Shown here piece after piece: positions 11,251 through 26,652 of a stretch of 64,000 bases of DNA. How positions within the stretch are numbered: position 1 is the stretch's first letter; the number at the start of each line of letters is the position of its first letter. The position numbers and the translations under genes were made by a program. This DNA is from Tubiluchus corallicola (Eukaryota > Animalia > Priapulida), in assembly GCA_030141605.1 (NCBI GenBank), contig JAQGDQ010000015.1, positions 1,054,001 to 1,118,000 on the forward strand, written 5' to 3'. The notes under the pieces are model-generated. The model had not been told where the DNA came from and made no database searches. It worked only from the letters and a program-made list of their open reading frames with translations.

Positions 11251-13243
11251 TAACTTACTATTCAACAAATTATTGAACAATGCACCTGTTTCTCAGCGAC
11301 CAGTAATGCAACAGCAATAGGTATCCAAGGCAAAATGAATAGTGACACGCTTTCATGCGGTATACCCTGTACACAAAGTGTACAGCATGGAACAACGTGC
11401 AATTTCACTTTTCCGGAAAATCAAGCACTGATATATCGCATTCAGAGCGCAAAAACCCAGTTTCACTTTCCAGAACATGATGTAATGAGACTGAGGAAGC
11501 AAGACCTAGTTATATACATTTCATGAAAACCGCATTTTTTAAAAATTGTTTTTGGACAAGCCCGCCACCCTACAAAAGTGCTTGGCGACGTAACCCCTAG
11601 GTTGGGAACCCATGATTTAGAGAATTAAATATTTGAAATTAATAAAATCTTATAGTATATAAAAGACAATAAAACATTCTCAAATACATTTTATAACATT
11701 TCAGTAATCAATTTATTCCACCATTTTGAACTATGTACACACACAAGTTACATAATAATGATTAAATAACATTGCTGTTAATTGGCTGTAAATTTATAAC
11801 ATTCAGAAATGTTGCCGAGTAATTCTCATCTATACTTGGTACAGCTTTTTATTCAAACTGCAATACTAATTCATCTCATAATTGCAGAGAAAGCACATCG
11901 ATTAATATTGTTAGTTAATTCATTGAAGCAATACTTTAATGCCGTATAGATGTTATTGACTTATGGTTATTCACTACTCAGCACTGTACGAAATAATAGT
12001 TTTCTAATTTCTGGGACATAATTATTTGAAAGGGTAGATTTTACTCCTCGTGAATTTGCCAAATACTCAGTCCCATCAATGTATAACCGTTATTAACAAT
12101 TGTATATGTTACACTAAGGACAACACAAAAACTATTAAAGACAAATGGGTTTAGTGCTATAATTTTCAAATATTCTCCTACTGCAAAATAGGAAAAACTT
12201 AATTCTACTTGTTTCAGCAAGAAGTACAACACAATTTGCAGTTTGATGTTTATAATTATGTACAATTGGCAACTTAAAATAACTGGAAAATAATAAACAG
12301 ATTTATCTCATAAGCAAAGAAACAATAACAGTTTGATCATAAATAAAACAAAATTTAATCTGCTTTCACTGAGCACGGTAGCACATCAGGTTAATTTTGC
12401 TTATTCAATGTCACAAGCTTAATGAAGATATTATTTTATTAAGTGTGTGTTTTATTAATTATATAAACAAGTACAATGATATCACAGAGCGATCACCACA
12501 GAAGTGGAAAAATTCCTAATATTTATAGCAACTGAAGAAATGTGAAAAAATTAAGATGTAATTACTTGAAAAACTTTAGAGCCACTAAAATACACAATAA
12601 TTCGAAGATATGAAAAAACCGAATACCGCAGATGCCGAAGGAGTAAAACATAGCGATTCACAGAACAAAAACAGTATAAACTAATAATTGCAGTTATTCA
12701 ATGTCAGTGAGTTTACAAATACATCAGCAAAGGAGATGTTTTCACAACCCAAACACAGTGACAGTAAAGCAAGAGGGTGATAGTAAATACTTACTGTAAA
12801 CCACAGTAAAAGTTGTAAGAATGCAACATACCTATTAATCTATGCAGCACAATGCTATCTTATAGGCATAGTGATGTTCAGGCAGGGTTCATTAATGTCA
12901 TATGGCACAGTGAATTATACTACACACGTAATCACACTAAACAAACTGATTGCATTTTTAAACTCAGACGTGTTCATCTACAGGAACAGTGATGCTTTCG
13001 TACTCTACGTAACTGAACAAATAGAAGACTTAAATTTTAAAGTATCTGATAATAATTTCTAAAATGTTCTCAACAGTTTGATGATCATTACCAAAAAGCA
13101 TAATGACATATTGAAAAATCGGCTGGTTTCTTTGTGTGTATGAACTCTGACTTGTACAATGCATTACAGATTCAGACTTAAAGGTTAATGTTCTGTTGTT
13201 TGTGATACAAAATAATACAGATTAGCATTTCTTTCACAGGTGA

Positions 13244-16200
13244 TCAAAGAAAAGGGTTGCTTTTGTTGCCACCAGGAGCTCCCTAAAATAAATTAAAATA
13301 AAATAAATTAGCAAGACTAAATGAATTCAGATCTAAATCAGCGTGTGCTGGCACCTAGCAGAAATGATGAACAAATGTGTGCATGATCGTGTTTACCACT
13401 TAAGTATGCCTGGTCCAATTTAATTATGTGTGGTTGGCCGGTTTGCCCTAATTTTCATATATTGGCTTCTATCTCTGGCCCTTGAACAACTCCAACTTTT
13501 TAACAATACCAAAGTCTAAACCTCTACCACAGTTGTCTGCCCTGCAGTTTCACGGCTTTATACCTACTATAAAGTTCATGACTTTATACCTGACTCGAAC
13601 TGGCAAGTCCGGTGTTTTTGACCCTTTGATTAAGGTCAATATTTACTAATGTTTGTCTATGCTTTGGTAGGCACCGATATCTGCCCTGGAAGTGAACTAA
13701 AGCTGATGCCAAAGAAAACTCGAAGCCTAACGTAATGATGATGAAATCATGTTACAAGTTTTCTTAGCATCTCGGATTAAAAAAATCAGAATATGGATTC
13801 ACTTACATCCACGGGAATTTTCATGGGAAAAAATAATTACATTTATGAATGCTGCACATGGCAATATTTTTACATTAAACTTTGAAAGAATTAGAATAAA
13901 AAACTATTTCTTACCAAACGATATATTGCAAGGTCTGATACCAAATGTGATAACGGAAGTACAGAAAAAAATAATGACAAAAATACAAGGTGATTGAAAA
14001 TTGCAATTTGCTTATTTACCATAAATGGGTTTGCTGCTGGTTGTTGTCCCCAATTTGCAAACTGCTGTGGTTGTGCCACTGGTATTCCTGTAAACCCAGA
14101 TCCTGCACCTATAAAATGTAACATATCTTAAAAAGTGAAAAAGTCCATTGTAGGATTTAAGTAAGTAATTTGGAGATAATTTTTGTGTGCCAACTAGTGT
14201 TTAGCTGCATTTTTATCAGGCTGGCTGTCAAACAAGCTATTAATAAGTGATTTCAATCCGGCAAGAACAGGGTCCAGGGTGGAAATGCAGAGAATTCCAT
14301 TTACAATGTTGGTGACTGATTATTAATTCTAATACAATAGATGCCAGACGGTTCAGCAGTCATAGAATTTTACTACGTTAGCGTAGTTCAAAATTCATGG
14401 AGCGAATAAAAATTGAAACTCATAAACGAACTTCTGCAAATCAGTTTGACATCACATTTATTGATACTTATTCTTTCATTTTGAAGAGCAAAGTATGAAG
14501 TTATAAAGCTAAATTCCCTCATAAATTAAAGGTGAGTTTCACTTAGGAAAGCTTTTGAAGTCAACTAGATACTACTTAGATACAAAGGCTTAGAATTCCC
14601 AGTGTTTTTAGCAGTTTGTGATTATTTTGAGCCCCATTTGGGCCAGACATTTTATATCAACTGTGAAGTAATTATTAGTAGGGACATGGACAAAAAACTG
14701 GACATAACCATAAGAAGTATTACCTCAGCATGCTGGAGGTATCTCTAGAAATTTCAAATTAATAAAGTATTTTTTGATAATTTGAAAAAGTAAAGGAGTT
14801 TAGAGTACGAAAAAGTTCTAGTTCGACTGTTTCATTGATGTGACATTAAATGTGACTTAATTATTTATAAATGACAAATTTGAGGTGAGGCTTTTTTTCA
14901 TAAATGCAAGTGTTGCACTAAAAGGGCAAATGTTAATCTATTCTACCTAAACACTCAAATTTGGCTAAGTAGTATAGCAAACTGCAAAGCAACAGCTTTT
15001 TAGTAAATAAGGAAATGCAATTACATTTATTAAGAATTACTCGATTTTATTCAAAATGAATATTAGTTCAATTTTCCCAGAACTAATTAGAACTACAAAC
15101 CTGAAAAAGCATTAAACTGCCCACCACCAGGCTGCACTACAGCTTGCTGCGACTGTGCAAAGCCACCCCACCCACCAACCATGGCAGCACTCGCCCCCCA
15201 AGTCTGCGCTTGAGGTGGCACTTGGGGACTGAGCCCAACACCATTCTGCATACCTCCGAATTGTCCAACTTGACTTGGTGGCTGTGATAAAAACGTCATT
15301 GAAAGTAAATAATACAAATAACTTATTAGTACACCCTATTCTTTGTATATTAACAAAAGAAGTTAACTTTATATATTTAAGCAGCCTGCAATGCATACAA
15401 AATATTATTTTGTATAATCAAATTTTGTTGTTCACATCTTAAAATGACATTCATACAATAACATTCATTGTCTAAAGGTTTCAAAATTGTATAAGAATGA
15501 GGATATCGAGCATGCAATACTTCTTCTATAAAATGACTTTTTATTATTCTAAATTCCCATAGATATCTATTAGTGAGAAGCAGTAAGCTAACTATATATT
15601 AAAATGTCAAGTTTCAGGAAATATATATGTGTGACCATGTTTTGCTATTGAAGTTTGCATCTGCAACTTTTTGGATAATTTTGTTGTAAAAACATACACC
15701 AACTTAATACAATAATTATAACACAAAAATCTGAACCACTGTGTCCTTAATGAAATAATATTTTGACAATAAGCACACATACCGATTGCATGAACATGTT
15801 TGGTTGCGCTTGCTGTAATGGGAATTGTCCAAACTGCTGCTGATTGGCTGAAGCTGGCATGCCCGGTTGTTGTTGCATCTGAAACCTCTGCTGCTGCTGT
15901 GGTTGGCCGAATCCCTGTACAGATTGACTAAAGGCCGGCTGCTGTTGGCCAGGCGGAGAACTGAATCCCATGAAAGGGTTAATTTTGTTCACAGCTGTAT
16001 TCGTCGTCATAGAAAATGGATTTGATGATGCTGTTAACAGATTAATAACACATACTTATTTATTTGCCATCAGTTGGTTTATCATTTCTCAAACGAATAA
16101 AGGCATTAGAAATTGAGAAGAAGGATTAACTAATGTGGGTTGAGAGTGCAGTTGCAGGAAAATTATAACTGCAAGCGAAAATTATCGATTTTATCGTCAG

Positions 16201-19200
16201 CCAGGACTACAGCACATACATTTGCTAATCTAATTGTTCAGTTTAAACTAATAGTAATTAACTTTAATTAATTAAAGAATAAAAGCTAAATAACCTCTAA
16301 TGTATTCAAAATACACATTTACTAATAAACTAAATTAATCACTGAAGGCACTGAAATGTACATGTAGTATCACAGCACGAAAAACATACCAGGTACAGCT
16401 GCAGGTGCAGCACCAACATTAACCCATCCCATGCTCCCCGTACTGTCAGTACCTGACCAGCTATTTGATGTGGATAAAGTGGTACCATTCCATGTAGATG
16501 GTGCTATTCCGGCTACAAAAATAGCACAATAGGTCTCAAAAAAACAAATTTCAATTGAATCCATGCTAATATATTTTCTAAAACATTAGTTTAACATTAG
16601 GCTCACCAGACTCAGGCTCTATCATGGGTGGTTGAAACACAAAAATTCGTGCACGTCATACATGGTTATACTTCACTTAGATCGTATTTCATAGCATTTG
16701 GAAATATAAATAAAATACTTTCAAAGTTATAAACAGTTAACTTATTAGAAAAAATTGAATTTGCTCCTAAATGCTGTTACCTTAATTTGCAAGTACTCTT
16801 GGTCTCTTACAGCTGCTAACTTATTATACATAGCAATTTTATACAGCATGTTGTGCAGATTCATTGTTTTTACATGCTGAAATATAGCCTGCTGTTCATT
16901 TCAGCCCCCACCCCCCTACAAAAGCACCACAAATTGCAAAAAAGTAGTAACTTTAAACAACAGCAGCAACTACAAATGTAGATGAGTTACGATGACTAAA
17001 TTAACCCAAAATTATCAGGCATCATAATTACATTGATGAGTATAATTAATCTCATAACTCCGTGAGCATAAGTAATCTCTGCAAGCCCTCATCCAAGTTT
17101 TTCAGTACACTTAGTTTAAGCATAGCAATATGAATTGCTTAGATTAAAATATGTAAAACCAATAGTTTGGCAATTGAATTTCACTTGCTAGTGGCGAGGT
17201 ACAGTTAAGAAAAAAGTCATCAGTTATCGATTTGGGTTTTATCACAGTTAGACAAAACGACTGCATGTAACAGCAATAAGTCAACTGCCACTAGAACAAC
17301 ACCTTCCCACTACTGATCTGTATATGAAGCATAAAATTAGCAAAAATCATAAAGTGAAGCCGCATCCCCACAATAATAAAATCTGAAAACACTGATAAGC
17401 ATTTTACTTGCATTACGTTTATTATTCAGTGGCAGTTAAATAATTAACTAATGTAACAGGTTAAAATCTTAAGAAGCTCAGTAAGCAGTTTCATAGCCAC
17501 GTATCACCACTGCATACCTAGCACACAGTCATTATAAGAACTCATTTGTCTATAAAAGTTACTTACTTCCAGAAGATGTAGAAATGCCTGATGTGGGAAG
17601 GGAAGTAGTCGACGAAGAGCCACCAAACACATCATCTAGCTCTGCAAGTGCTGCATATTTATCACCGGCCGAAATCATGCTTTGTGCGTGCGTCGTTGTT
17701 GAAGGGATACTGGATGGTAGGCTAGAATGAGTAGAAGGGGCAAACATATCAAGTCCTTGGCTCTGAGCCGAATGTGGTAAGAAACCGCCAGATTGAGATG
17801 CTTGTACTTGAGGCGCTGAAAATGTTAAAAATAACTAACAATCCGACAAACCATTTTGGCTTACATTTTATAACCCACATTTATAATCAGTGCTGAAATA
17901 ATGAAATTGAAATAACTCTACTTAATACAGGATCTCATCTATAAGAAAGCATTTGTTTTAAGAATAACTTATTTCAGTCCATGAATACTTATGAGGATTT
18001 TTACACAATACCTGTACATACAGCCTTTTTGCTAACACAACAGAATCTAATGAAGCTTTAACAGCTGTATGTGGACGACAACTAAACTGTTTATATCCTG
18101 CATGCAGTAAACTGAGTTTAAACATTGATTTATCCATAAGTTTAGGCAAATGCATCGAAGGATGTGTACCACACTACTTTTCAATAGTAACCAGCTTTTT
18201 GTGGTGACTGGCACTGACACTTGCAAAAAATTCAACATTTTATTTTATGTTGACTTCAAGATGTCATGAACCAGTTAACTGAAAAAGCGAGGCAGATTTT
18301 GCGTTGTGGCACCACCCAAATACCATGCTCCATACGATTTCTAGGGCTTTCTTAAATCAGTCATTCACAACGCATAGTCAGTGGAAGCACCAGATCAAAG
18401 ATAGATTTGGCAAAGCATTTGTATAGGTGTGGCTAAAACACGGGATTGCTTTCCACAGATAATGAGAAACAATAACTAATCCAGCAACTACAGCAAGAGA
18501 ATTCGTGTGGCAAATTGAGTAAATTGTCATGCACATACAGAGCATACAATACTACACATTGATGCAAAAAAGAGTACACATGTATGTCATACATATACTG
18601 TGAACAAGTCTTTAATTTTATCAAGAAAAGGAAACATTATTAACAACAAATATATTATAAAACAATGGCTCTAATTCAAAGATAATAACTGATCCAGTAT
18701 TACAGCAAGTGTAATTGGGAATAGTAAAAATAATGCATGAAGTGTGTATGAAATAAACATTTTTTTGATTTTAATAAATTAGCAACACAATTACTGGATA
18801 TTTTCGTGAGGCTACATCAAACAAAGTCTGTTATCTGGAAGTGAGATAACTACAACAAACAGCCCTTTTTAATACTTATGTTTAGCAATAACAGCACGAT
18901 AAAAAAAGAACTACATGTTTTAGAGTTCTATGCCTAAGAAAAATGCAAAAAATGAATTTAATAAGCAAGCACATACCTGAAGCATTGTTAAGAGCGTTAA
19001 AATTTCCAAAATCCGCAAAATTTGCCTGTTGAGGTGCCTTTGTGGCTGAAAAACATTCTTGATCATTATTTTGCAAATGCTATTATACTTTATTAATTAA
19101 GAAGTTTGGAATTAGTTTTCTTTGTTATATCTGACTAGTGAGTATAGTTAACAAATTACTTCAAATAAGGAATTCTGATTCAATGAACAAGTCTAACTGT

Positions 19201-22200
19201 TATTACATCATATGTGTGAACAATAATATCATTTCATCAATAAAGAATAAAGTAAAATACAACTTTACTCAACTAGTGAAGGCATTCTCTTGATTTTAAC
19301 AAACTTTTATTACACGAAACAAGTCACAGATATTTTATTACACATCAGTAATTTGTAACACTTCAGTGTTCAACGTATATCCTACCTTGCTGCGAAGCAA
19401 ATGGATCTCCCGCTAAATCACCAAATATATCATGCAGCGGAGCAGGCTGGGCGGGGTGCTGTGGCGGTGCCTGTGATTGAGGAGGGGTAGTTACAGCTCC
19501 AGAACCAACACGTGGCCTATTAAGTGACTGAAACAAGAACATTTTTCTCTTCAAAATATTCGTGACCATGAATTCCATTGTCAATGGATAGGCAAAAGAA
19601 GGCTACCAGAAAGTGTATTGACAAATAACATACCAAAACAATACTACACAGCCTTATTATTAGATTTGAAAAACGCAGCAAGTATGGTGCCATTGCTTCA
19701 TCATGTTAAAATTTTAAGACCTGACAAGGAACTCATGTCAAACTCATAGCATGATAAAAACTTCGTTATGAGGCTTTGCTTGTTTATTTGGAAGTTACAT
19801 ATCACTGACAACATGTACCAAACTTGACAACTTGTAAAAAATTCAAAACCTTTCACAGAATTCCTGGTACATTTTATAGTCTGTTGGCAACATTTTTGGG
19901 TGATTTCTTTCATTTAACAGCACTTTTAAAAAGAAAAGCTATGTGAAGAACATGTACATATAATACTTTCAGAAATATTGTCATTGTTTAATATGCAGCT
20001 CAGTTACAGGCAGAAACTGTACACTGTCAACTTAGGTGTACAATGCAACACTCTGCATATAATTGACACCAAGTCCACTAACTGAGGATAATGTCAGCAT
20101 CAAAAGCAAACATTTTACTCAAACACAGAGGTACAGCGCAACCACTCTCACCTGTGTATGTTGATTTTGGTTATGACTTGATAATGGTTTTACTGTGGCA
20201 TGAGCTAAAGAATCGCTGGGCACAGAATTTGGAGTTGGTGGTTGGTCATGAAATGCTTGGTCAGGAGCCACGTACCTGTGCAATAAAAGCAAGGTATGCC
20301 ATTAACAGTCTATTCGAAAAGCAATAAAGCACAGGTATGCTTCAACAGAGTGGCTTAAACACAAGACAAACAGTTATGACCACCAATAAAAGCAAGTTTA
20401 TTATTAAAAACAAACACAAACAGGCAATAGCTAGAAGAAAATTGACAATAACTGTATTACAGTTTGAGTTCGTTTACTCAGAACTTTGCTAAAACAAAAT
20501 TTAAAAAGTAAATGGTCACAATTAATGCAGTATTCATAAATATGCATTTAATAACATATTTATTATGATATCTAATGAAAATTAAAGCAGTAACTTAACA
20601 ACCAATAATTTTTTAAAACAAGTTAAACAGGCTCACCATCGCTTTTTCTCATATTTCTGTATCATGAAATCCTTAACTTTTTGTTCGTCTTTTGATTCGG
20701 GTTCTGTTTGTGTTCTGGAGTCAAACAATCCTAACCAAACTTTCCTACAGTACTAAAAGCAAAAATAAGATATTTCAGAGGATGCTATCAAAAGCAGAGT
20801 TTCACTACTTAACGGAAATTAATGTCATTATGATTCATTACAAAAACAAACATTTTTTATACTCTTCAATCAAGTCCATTTCTAAAATAACTAAGTTGGC
20901 CATTTAAAACGACGAAAAAAATCACTGCTGTTGCACTACATCAATGTGCAATATATAACCTCACTATTAGTTAATATTATATGTATGTTTACTAAATAAG
21001 TCTAAAATATTGAATTTCTGCAATACTGGCAATGAAAAACTATAATAGAAGTTTCATTGAATTAAACTGGTATGCTTGTATATTTTGGACATGTTTCATA
21101 TTCAAAGATCACTAAGAATCTGGAAATTACTAAGAAGGAGATTGACGCTTTTCAAGGACATCTCTACAGGAAACTACTCGCTATTAAATGGCCTGACAGA
21201 ATATTCAATGATGATCTGTATAATGTGGTCAAGAAGAATCCTTGGAGTGAACAAATACAAGTAAGAAGACTACATTGGATTGGGTATACAGTAAGATTAC
21301 CTCTAGAGTCTCCTCTTCCCATAGCAGTACCTAACGCTCGTGAAACAACAAAAAAGCCGAATGGAGGCCAGCTATTGGTGTATATAGATATGCTGCAAAA
21401 AGATTTAGCAAATGCAACTATAGATTTGAGAGATATTTCATCGCTGGCGATGGCAGCAGACAGGAATGCGTGGCATCAACAGGTGAGACATGCCATGTTT
21501 TATTAGAACACAGCAGCACCGAAATGACAACAAAAAGAATCTGGAATAGCATCAATTGTAATTTTGTAAGAGAATATGAAAACTAAAAAATGCAAGTCGA
21601 CTTCAACTTACATCATTTCCTCGACTTTTTAGAAATTCCATTTCTTCTGGAGAAAAGCTTGTCATTGATATTGACTTGACTCGGCTTGGCGGGTTTAAGC
21701 CTCTCCTGCAATACAGTATAAAAAATAAATATTCAAACAGCTACGAATAAATTTTTTTCCATCAAAGTAGCATTTAATTTCTTTTTTAGCTGTTAATAAT
21801 ATGTACATAATATTAACCAATCATTAAAAATTTATAGCACCCAATAATATGTGCAAACTTTACTTGCAGAAGTAAAAACAGTAACTTGTTTTAAAAAATG
21901 TTACAAAGAACTCATTTGCTACACAATAGAAATTTGCTAGCAGTTACCTGCTAATCAGTATTTTTAAAGTAAAATTTTGTTTTGGAATCTGCCTCAGCCA
22001 TTGTAAAATTTACGAAGCCCCTCTTATCTAATTTAGATTTATTACTATTATGAATTTTAGGTACAACTCAATGGCCTATGTAAACAATGACAACTGACAA
22101 AAGCTACATTCTTACATCAGCTTATACAAAAATCTCCATTACGAAATTTTATACGAAGTTAGTTTTGTGCAAATAATTACTACACAATGTTTACATGTGG

Positions 22201-25200
22201 TGTATTCTGCATGTTCTTGTCCTAATAATCTGCTGACCAACATTTTCTATACTGCCCTTGTCATATGCATACATGTATAAATAAACAAAGTCCATAGTAC
22301 AGTGATAGGCAGAATTATCTAGAATGTGATGCAAAATTGAATAAGTTATCATGTTAATCAAAGCAACTGACTGAAACCATTGTATCTGGCACTACAACAC
22401 TACAGGAGTATATTGTTTATGAAGAATGTTAAATATATGCGTAACTACATGGTTTATAGTTCATATTATAGTAATTTAGTCCACCATCTCAAGCAATATA
22501 CATGACAAAGTTGGCAACGTTTATTTTAGACAGTAAGTTTAACAACATCCTGTGACCTATATAGTAAGACCAGAGTGCAAAGTCAGCAGCTAAAAGGGTG
22601 TCTGTCCCCACAAAAATTGGCCTGTCCGCATTTTTTCAATGCACATAGAATCCTATAAACATTAGATTTGTACAGCAATTTTATAACATTACATACCATA
22701 TTTTTTCTTATAGACCTATTTGTTTTTTTTTCAAAACCTGTACTAAACAGTAAATTCCTCATTCAAGTAATTTTCATAAAAACTCCCAAACAACCCTGGT
22801 TTTATTTTTTGGCTGTTGTGCTGTCAGTATGCACATGCTGCTAGGGCTGTCACGTTTATTAAGTTTGATAAACATTCACACGATGCTTGCTAAATGAAAC
22901 TATTCCATTCACATGATGTAATTAAATGTATGTGCGTGCGGGAAGGGGAGGTATAAATTACTGTCTGGGTCGCAGAAATGTATTTATTACCTGTCACAGA
23001 CAATTAATTATTTGAAGATGATAATTACATGTACTTTTATTCTGCAGAGTTTAGTGACTCTAGTCACTCTATCGTTTAGATCAGGGGTGTGCAAACTGCG
23101 GCCCGCAAAAAGGTTTATCAACCCAATGAACGTGCGGCCTGGGCGATGAATTGAGTCGCAAGTATCAGGAAGATATTTCCAGCTGAAGACCGCACAGATG
23201 GGGCGGGCAGTTTTTTTCCCGCTAGATTGGATGGCACTAACCCTTACAAGGCGGTTGCCACTTAATGTCACTGTAGGACATGACGAAATTTAACGTTGCT
23301 CACTTGGAACACAAAAAAGCGATGTAATCACAGAACACAGCAAACTATCAAATATGAAAGAAATGAGAGAAATAATCTGATTGGCTGGAGGAAGACCAAC
23401 CAGCTAATCTCTAGGCTTCTATTATCTGGCCGGTTGATCGGCCCAGCCGTCTTATTGGTCATAGCAGGTAGATCATTTTGACCTGGTTATTTTACACAAT
23501 AAATTACAAATAAAATTATAAAATAACCAAGTCAAAATGATCTACCTACTATGTCCAAGAAGACAACTGGGCAGATTAAACTGTAAGTAGCCAGCAAGCT
23601 GAAAAAGTGTAGCCACCCCTGATATAGGGGGATTCCCAGACTTTAGTTTTTGTTTAGGCTCAGTAGTACACACCTCGATCAGTGGCTGTTTCATCAGGTG
23701 TAGTGTTCTTATAGGTCAGAAACATGGATAAGAAAAAGAAGAATATTGAAGAAGAATATTCAGTGTTTCAAGACATTAATATGCACTGTAATGTGTGATA
23801 CATTGTACTAACACGCATTGTAATGAAATTACCACTATCTGACATGAAATCTATGTTTTTTTAATGTAAATTTTAATAACTTTTAAAATAGTTTTCTTGA
23901 GTGTAGTAGTAATGATGTGTGAAGATCGAATGCAAAAAATCGTTAAGAGGTCCTACTGTTCTTGGCTCGCTGACCAAACTGTATGTGGTCCGCAGAATTT
24001 ACGGGAAAGTTTAATGTGGCCCAGCTAGTCAGATAATTTGCACACCCCTGGTTTAGATGCTATAATTATCACAAACATGTTTCGACTGATTACATGTAGG
24101 TTAGCTATTAGGCTGACCTTTGGAAAACACTATTGTAATTATGTGCAACGTGCTTGAATTTTTTCTGTTTTTATATTATTCTGTTAGGTCTAACATTGAT
24201 CCATCTGTAACCAATGCTTATTAAACTGCTACTTCAGCACATCTTCATTTGTTTAATGAAATATGTGTAATCTGGTAGATAATGGAGAAACCTAAGAACC
24301 AACTTATGCAAAAATTTTCCAACATGTTGCACATTTTAGGTAGAGAGCACAAACAGTTAGTCAATAATTATACGGGTGAAAGCCTTGGAGTACAACAATA
24401 GCAGTCTGGCTAATCTGTGGGCTTGATATGGTCATAACATTATTATTGTTATTAATTGGGATTCAATTCAGAAGTAAGCCGAAGGGAAACTCCTTATTGT
24501 TTGCCACTGCCTAATTCCGTATCTCCTCTCTTTTCTCATACCTGGTATTTAACTATCTGGCTGTTCATCTAGGTGTATTGTAATCAATCGCTCACTTATT
24601 GTTTTCTCTTTTAAATATCTGTCTCTTCATCTAACTATACAAACAATCAGTGACTTGTCTTTCTCTCTACCTGTTATTATTTTAGTATCAAGTACTGTAC
24701 CATGGTAATTAAGCTTAGTGTTTCAGACTTTTAGTTTATCATTTGCTAACTTTGCATCATTCACCTTCAATGTAACAAATCCTTTGATGTTTGTTTTACA
24801 GTGGCAATCTGTTCAAAATGATTTAGGTTTCCAAATGTTTTGGTATAACATAAAGCCAGTTTCCTTCAAACAAAAGCATCATTTTGTAGTTGAAAAAATA
24901 CTTTTATCATATTTATGCTCAGAAATCTGTTACAAAAAATCTGTTAGATTCTTGAGACAAACTTTTGCTTTAGCACCGGAGATTTGTATGAAGGCTGGTA
25001 TCAGTCATCACATCTTTTTCGACTACATTGCTATCATTTTTCTGCACTTACAGGTTAATTTTTTTAAAAAAAAATAAATATTGTTTCTTCTTTAGAAAGT
25101 AATAGTATTAATGTTGTTGGTGTCATTTGTTTATTTATTGTCTTAAGAGAAGGATGGCTGACTCAATAACCACTGGTTCTTGATCATCCTTTCTCCTCTG

Positions 25201-26652
25201 TCCTTTTGCATATTATTAGTGTTATTTTATAACTATGTAAGTTAAAGGAGACAAAATCATAATCTAATCTAGTCTATTGTATTTTTGTCACTAATTGATC
25301 GAGTCACTGATGAAGATTCAGGCACAATTTGTGTGCTAAACCCCTTAAACTATGTGAACCACATACACTGAAAGATATATTAGATGTAAGACGTATTTAT
25401 TTCACGCATGTAATAGAATACAAATTAGCCACTAATTAAACTAGTTTTTATAGAAGAAAATGTGTGAGGGCAGTGTAAGACTATAAGAGTCCTAAAAAAT
25501 ATAGCCATCTGTTAGAATCTAGGTTCCAATTCATCTCTCAACTAAAATTTAATGTAAACAACCTGCTGTACCAGTGAGACTCAAAAAATTGTCTAGGAGC
25601 ATAATATTGAAAATCAGGTATCAAAAGTTTTAAGATACGTACATAAAAAGTTATTAACATGACAGCCGTGGAAATTAAAATCTGACTGTGACATGCCTAG
25701 TTATAATAATAATGCGGATGATAATGAAGAACACTAGTGGTTGTTACTATGAAAAATTACTTAATTTATTTAAAAAAAATCAACATAAACACACTTCGCG
25801 AAAAAATACTTTACACTGCTTGTAGCAATGTAAATATTTATCCAGGTTAAAATATATTTTATAAGATTGTATGCATCAAAAACTTGGGTCAAATATCATT
25901 TTTTTGTTTTTTATAAAAACACATGCTAAACTGATTGGACTTATATGTTCTATTATTTCAGTAACTTATTCCACAAATGGTGAAACTCAGGCGCTGATCA
26001 ATCGTTGTATCGTAAGAGCAGCGCGGTTTGTCATAATGTGCCATCGAAATAGATGATCACTCGACGAAAATCGAGTGGGACCATGATTCTAATAGAGTGC
26101 CAAAAACACTGCCCTTATATTTTGTTCATTAACATAATTTAGTTTTTGGTGGCTTGGCTCTATGTAAAACAGGTCGTCATTAGTTCATAATTAGAAAAAT
26201 AATATTAATATATTTTTATAGGCCTATTATAAAATTTAAATGCATGTTCACCGATATGAATAGTTATTGGAGTAAGATGGAAGATAATGGTGGACAAGTA
26301 AAATCATGTTTTGAGATCAGTAAACTCCATCACAAAGCTGTCACAAAAACTAAGGTATAAGAAAAAGCTAATCTTCAATGTATTGCTGCTCGAAATAACT
26401 ATCAGATTGCTGTATTATAATAATAGACGAAAGATCTAGGCCCTAGGGACACTGACGGTTAATCCAACTTGTAAATATGAAAACTTACAATATTCCACTG
26501 CAGGACGTGCAAACAAAAGATCCTATTGTCATGTTAACATATGTAGGCCCTCTTTGCTGACAATCGAAACACTGCTTATTATGAGGCAAAGCTACCATCT
26601 CTCTCAACATTTTTAAATGTTTTTCATCTTGCTTCCTCTTGTTGGCTGCCAT
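13244..26652 (-). CDS. AGFG1: Arf-GAP domain and FG repeat-containing protein (AGFG1/Hrb/drongo), 12 coding exons, 545 aa
   Basis: Exons (minus strand): 26652-26489, 21705-21612, 20752-20637, 20275-20152, 19527-19386, 19045-18977, 17815-17567, 16512-16390, 16030-15783, 15281-15101, 14108-14020, 13282-13244. All introns are GT-AG with compatible phases, and the total is 1638 nt. The protein begins MAANKRKQDEKHLKMLREM..CFDCQQRGPTYVNMTIGSFVCTSCSGILRGLNPP (ArfGAP C4 finger), contains DKYAALAELD and several NPF motifs, and ends SNPFL*. Confidence 0.95.
21060..21530 (+). mobile_element. RTE-like LINE 3' fragment in AGFG1 intron 2
   Basis: IDAFQGHLYRKLLAIKWPDRIFNDDLY, RRLHWIGYTVRL and AADRNAW match the C-terminal pattern of RTE-clade elements. 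Confidence 0.75.
23082..24050. mobile_element. Non-autonomous hAT (Charlie-like) DNA transposon with 8-bp TSD
   Basis: TIRs CAGGGGTGTGCAAA (23082) and TTTGCACACCCCTG (ending 24050), with a perfect TSD GTTTAGAT at 23074-23081 and 24051-24058. Confidence 0.93.
23430..23585. repeat. Long imperfect palindrome nested inside the hAT element
   Basis: ggtagatcattttgacctggttatttta ... taaaataaccaagtcaaaatgatctacc, with pairing extending outwards. Confidence 0.8.

Noticed and set aside
11560-11615. hAT-like right terminus (ggttgggaacccatg)
   Set aside because: I found no matching left end or TSD, so it is not listed as a feature.
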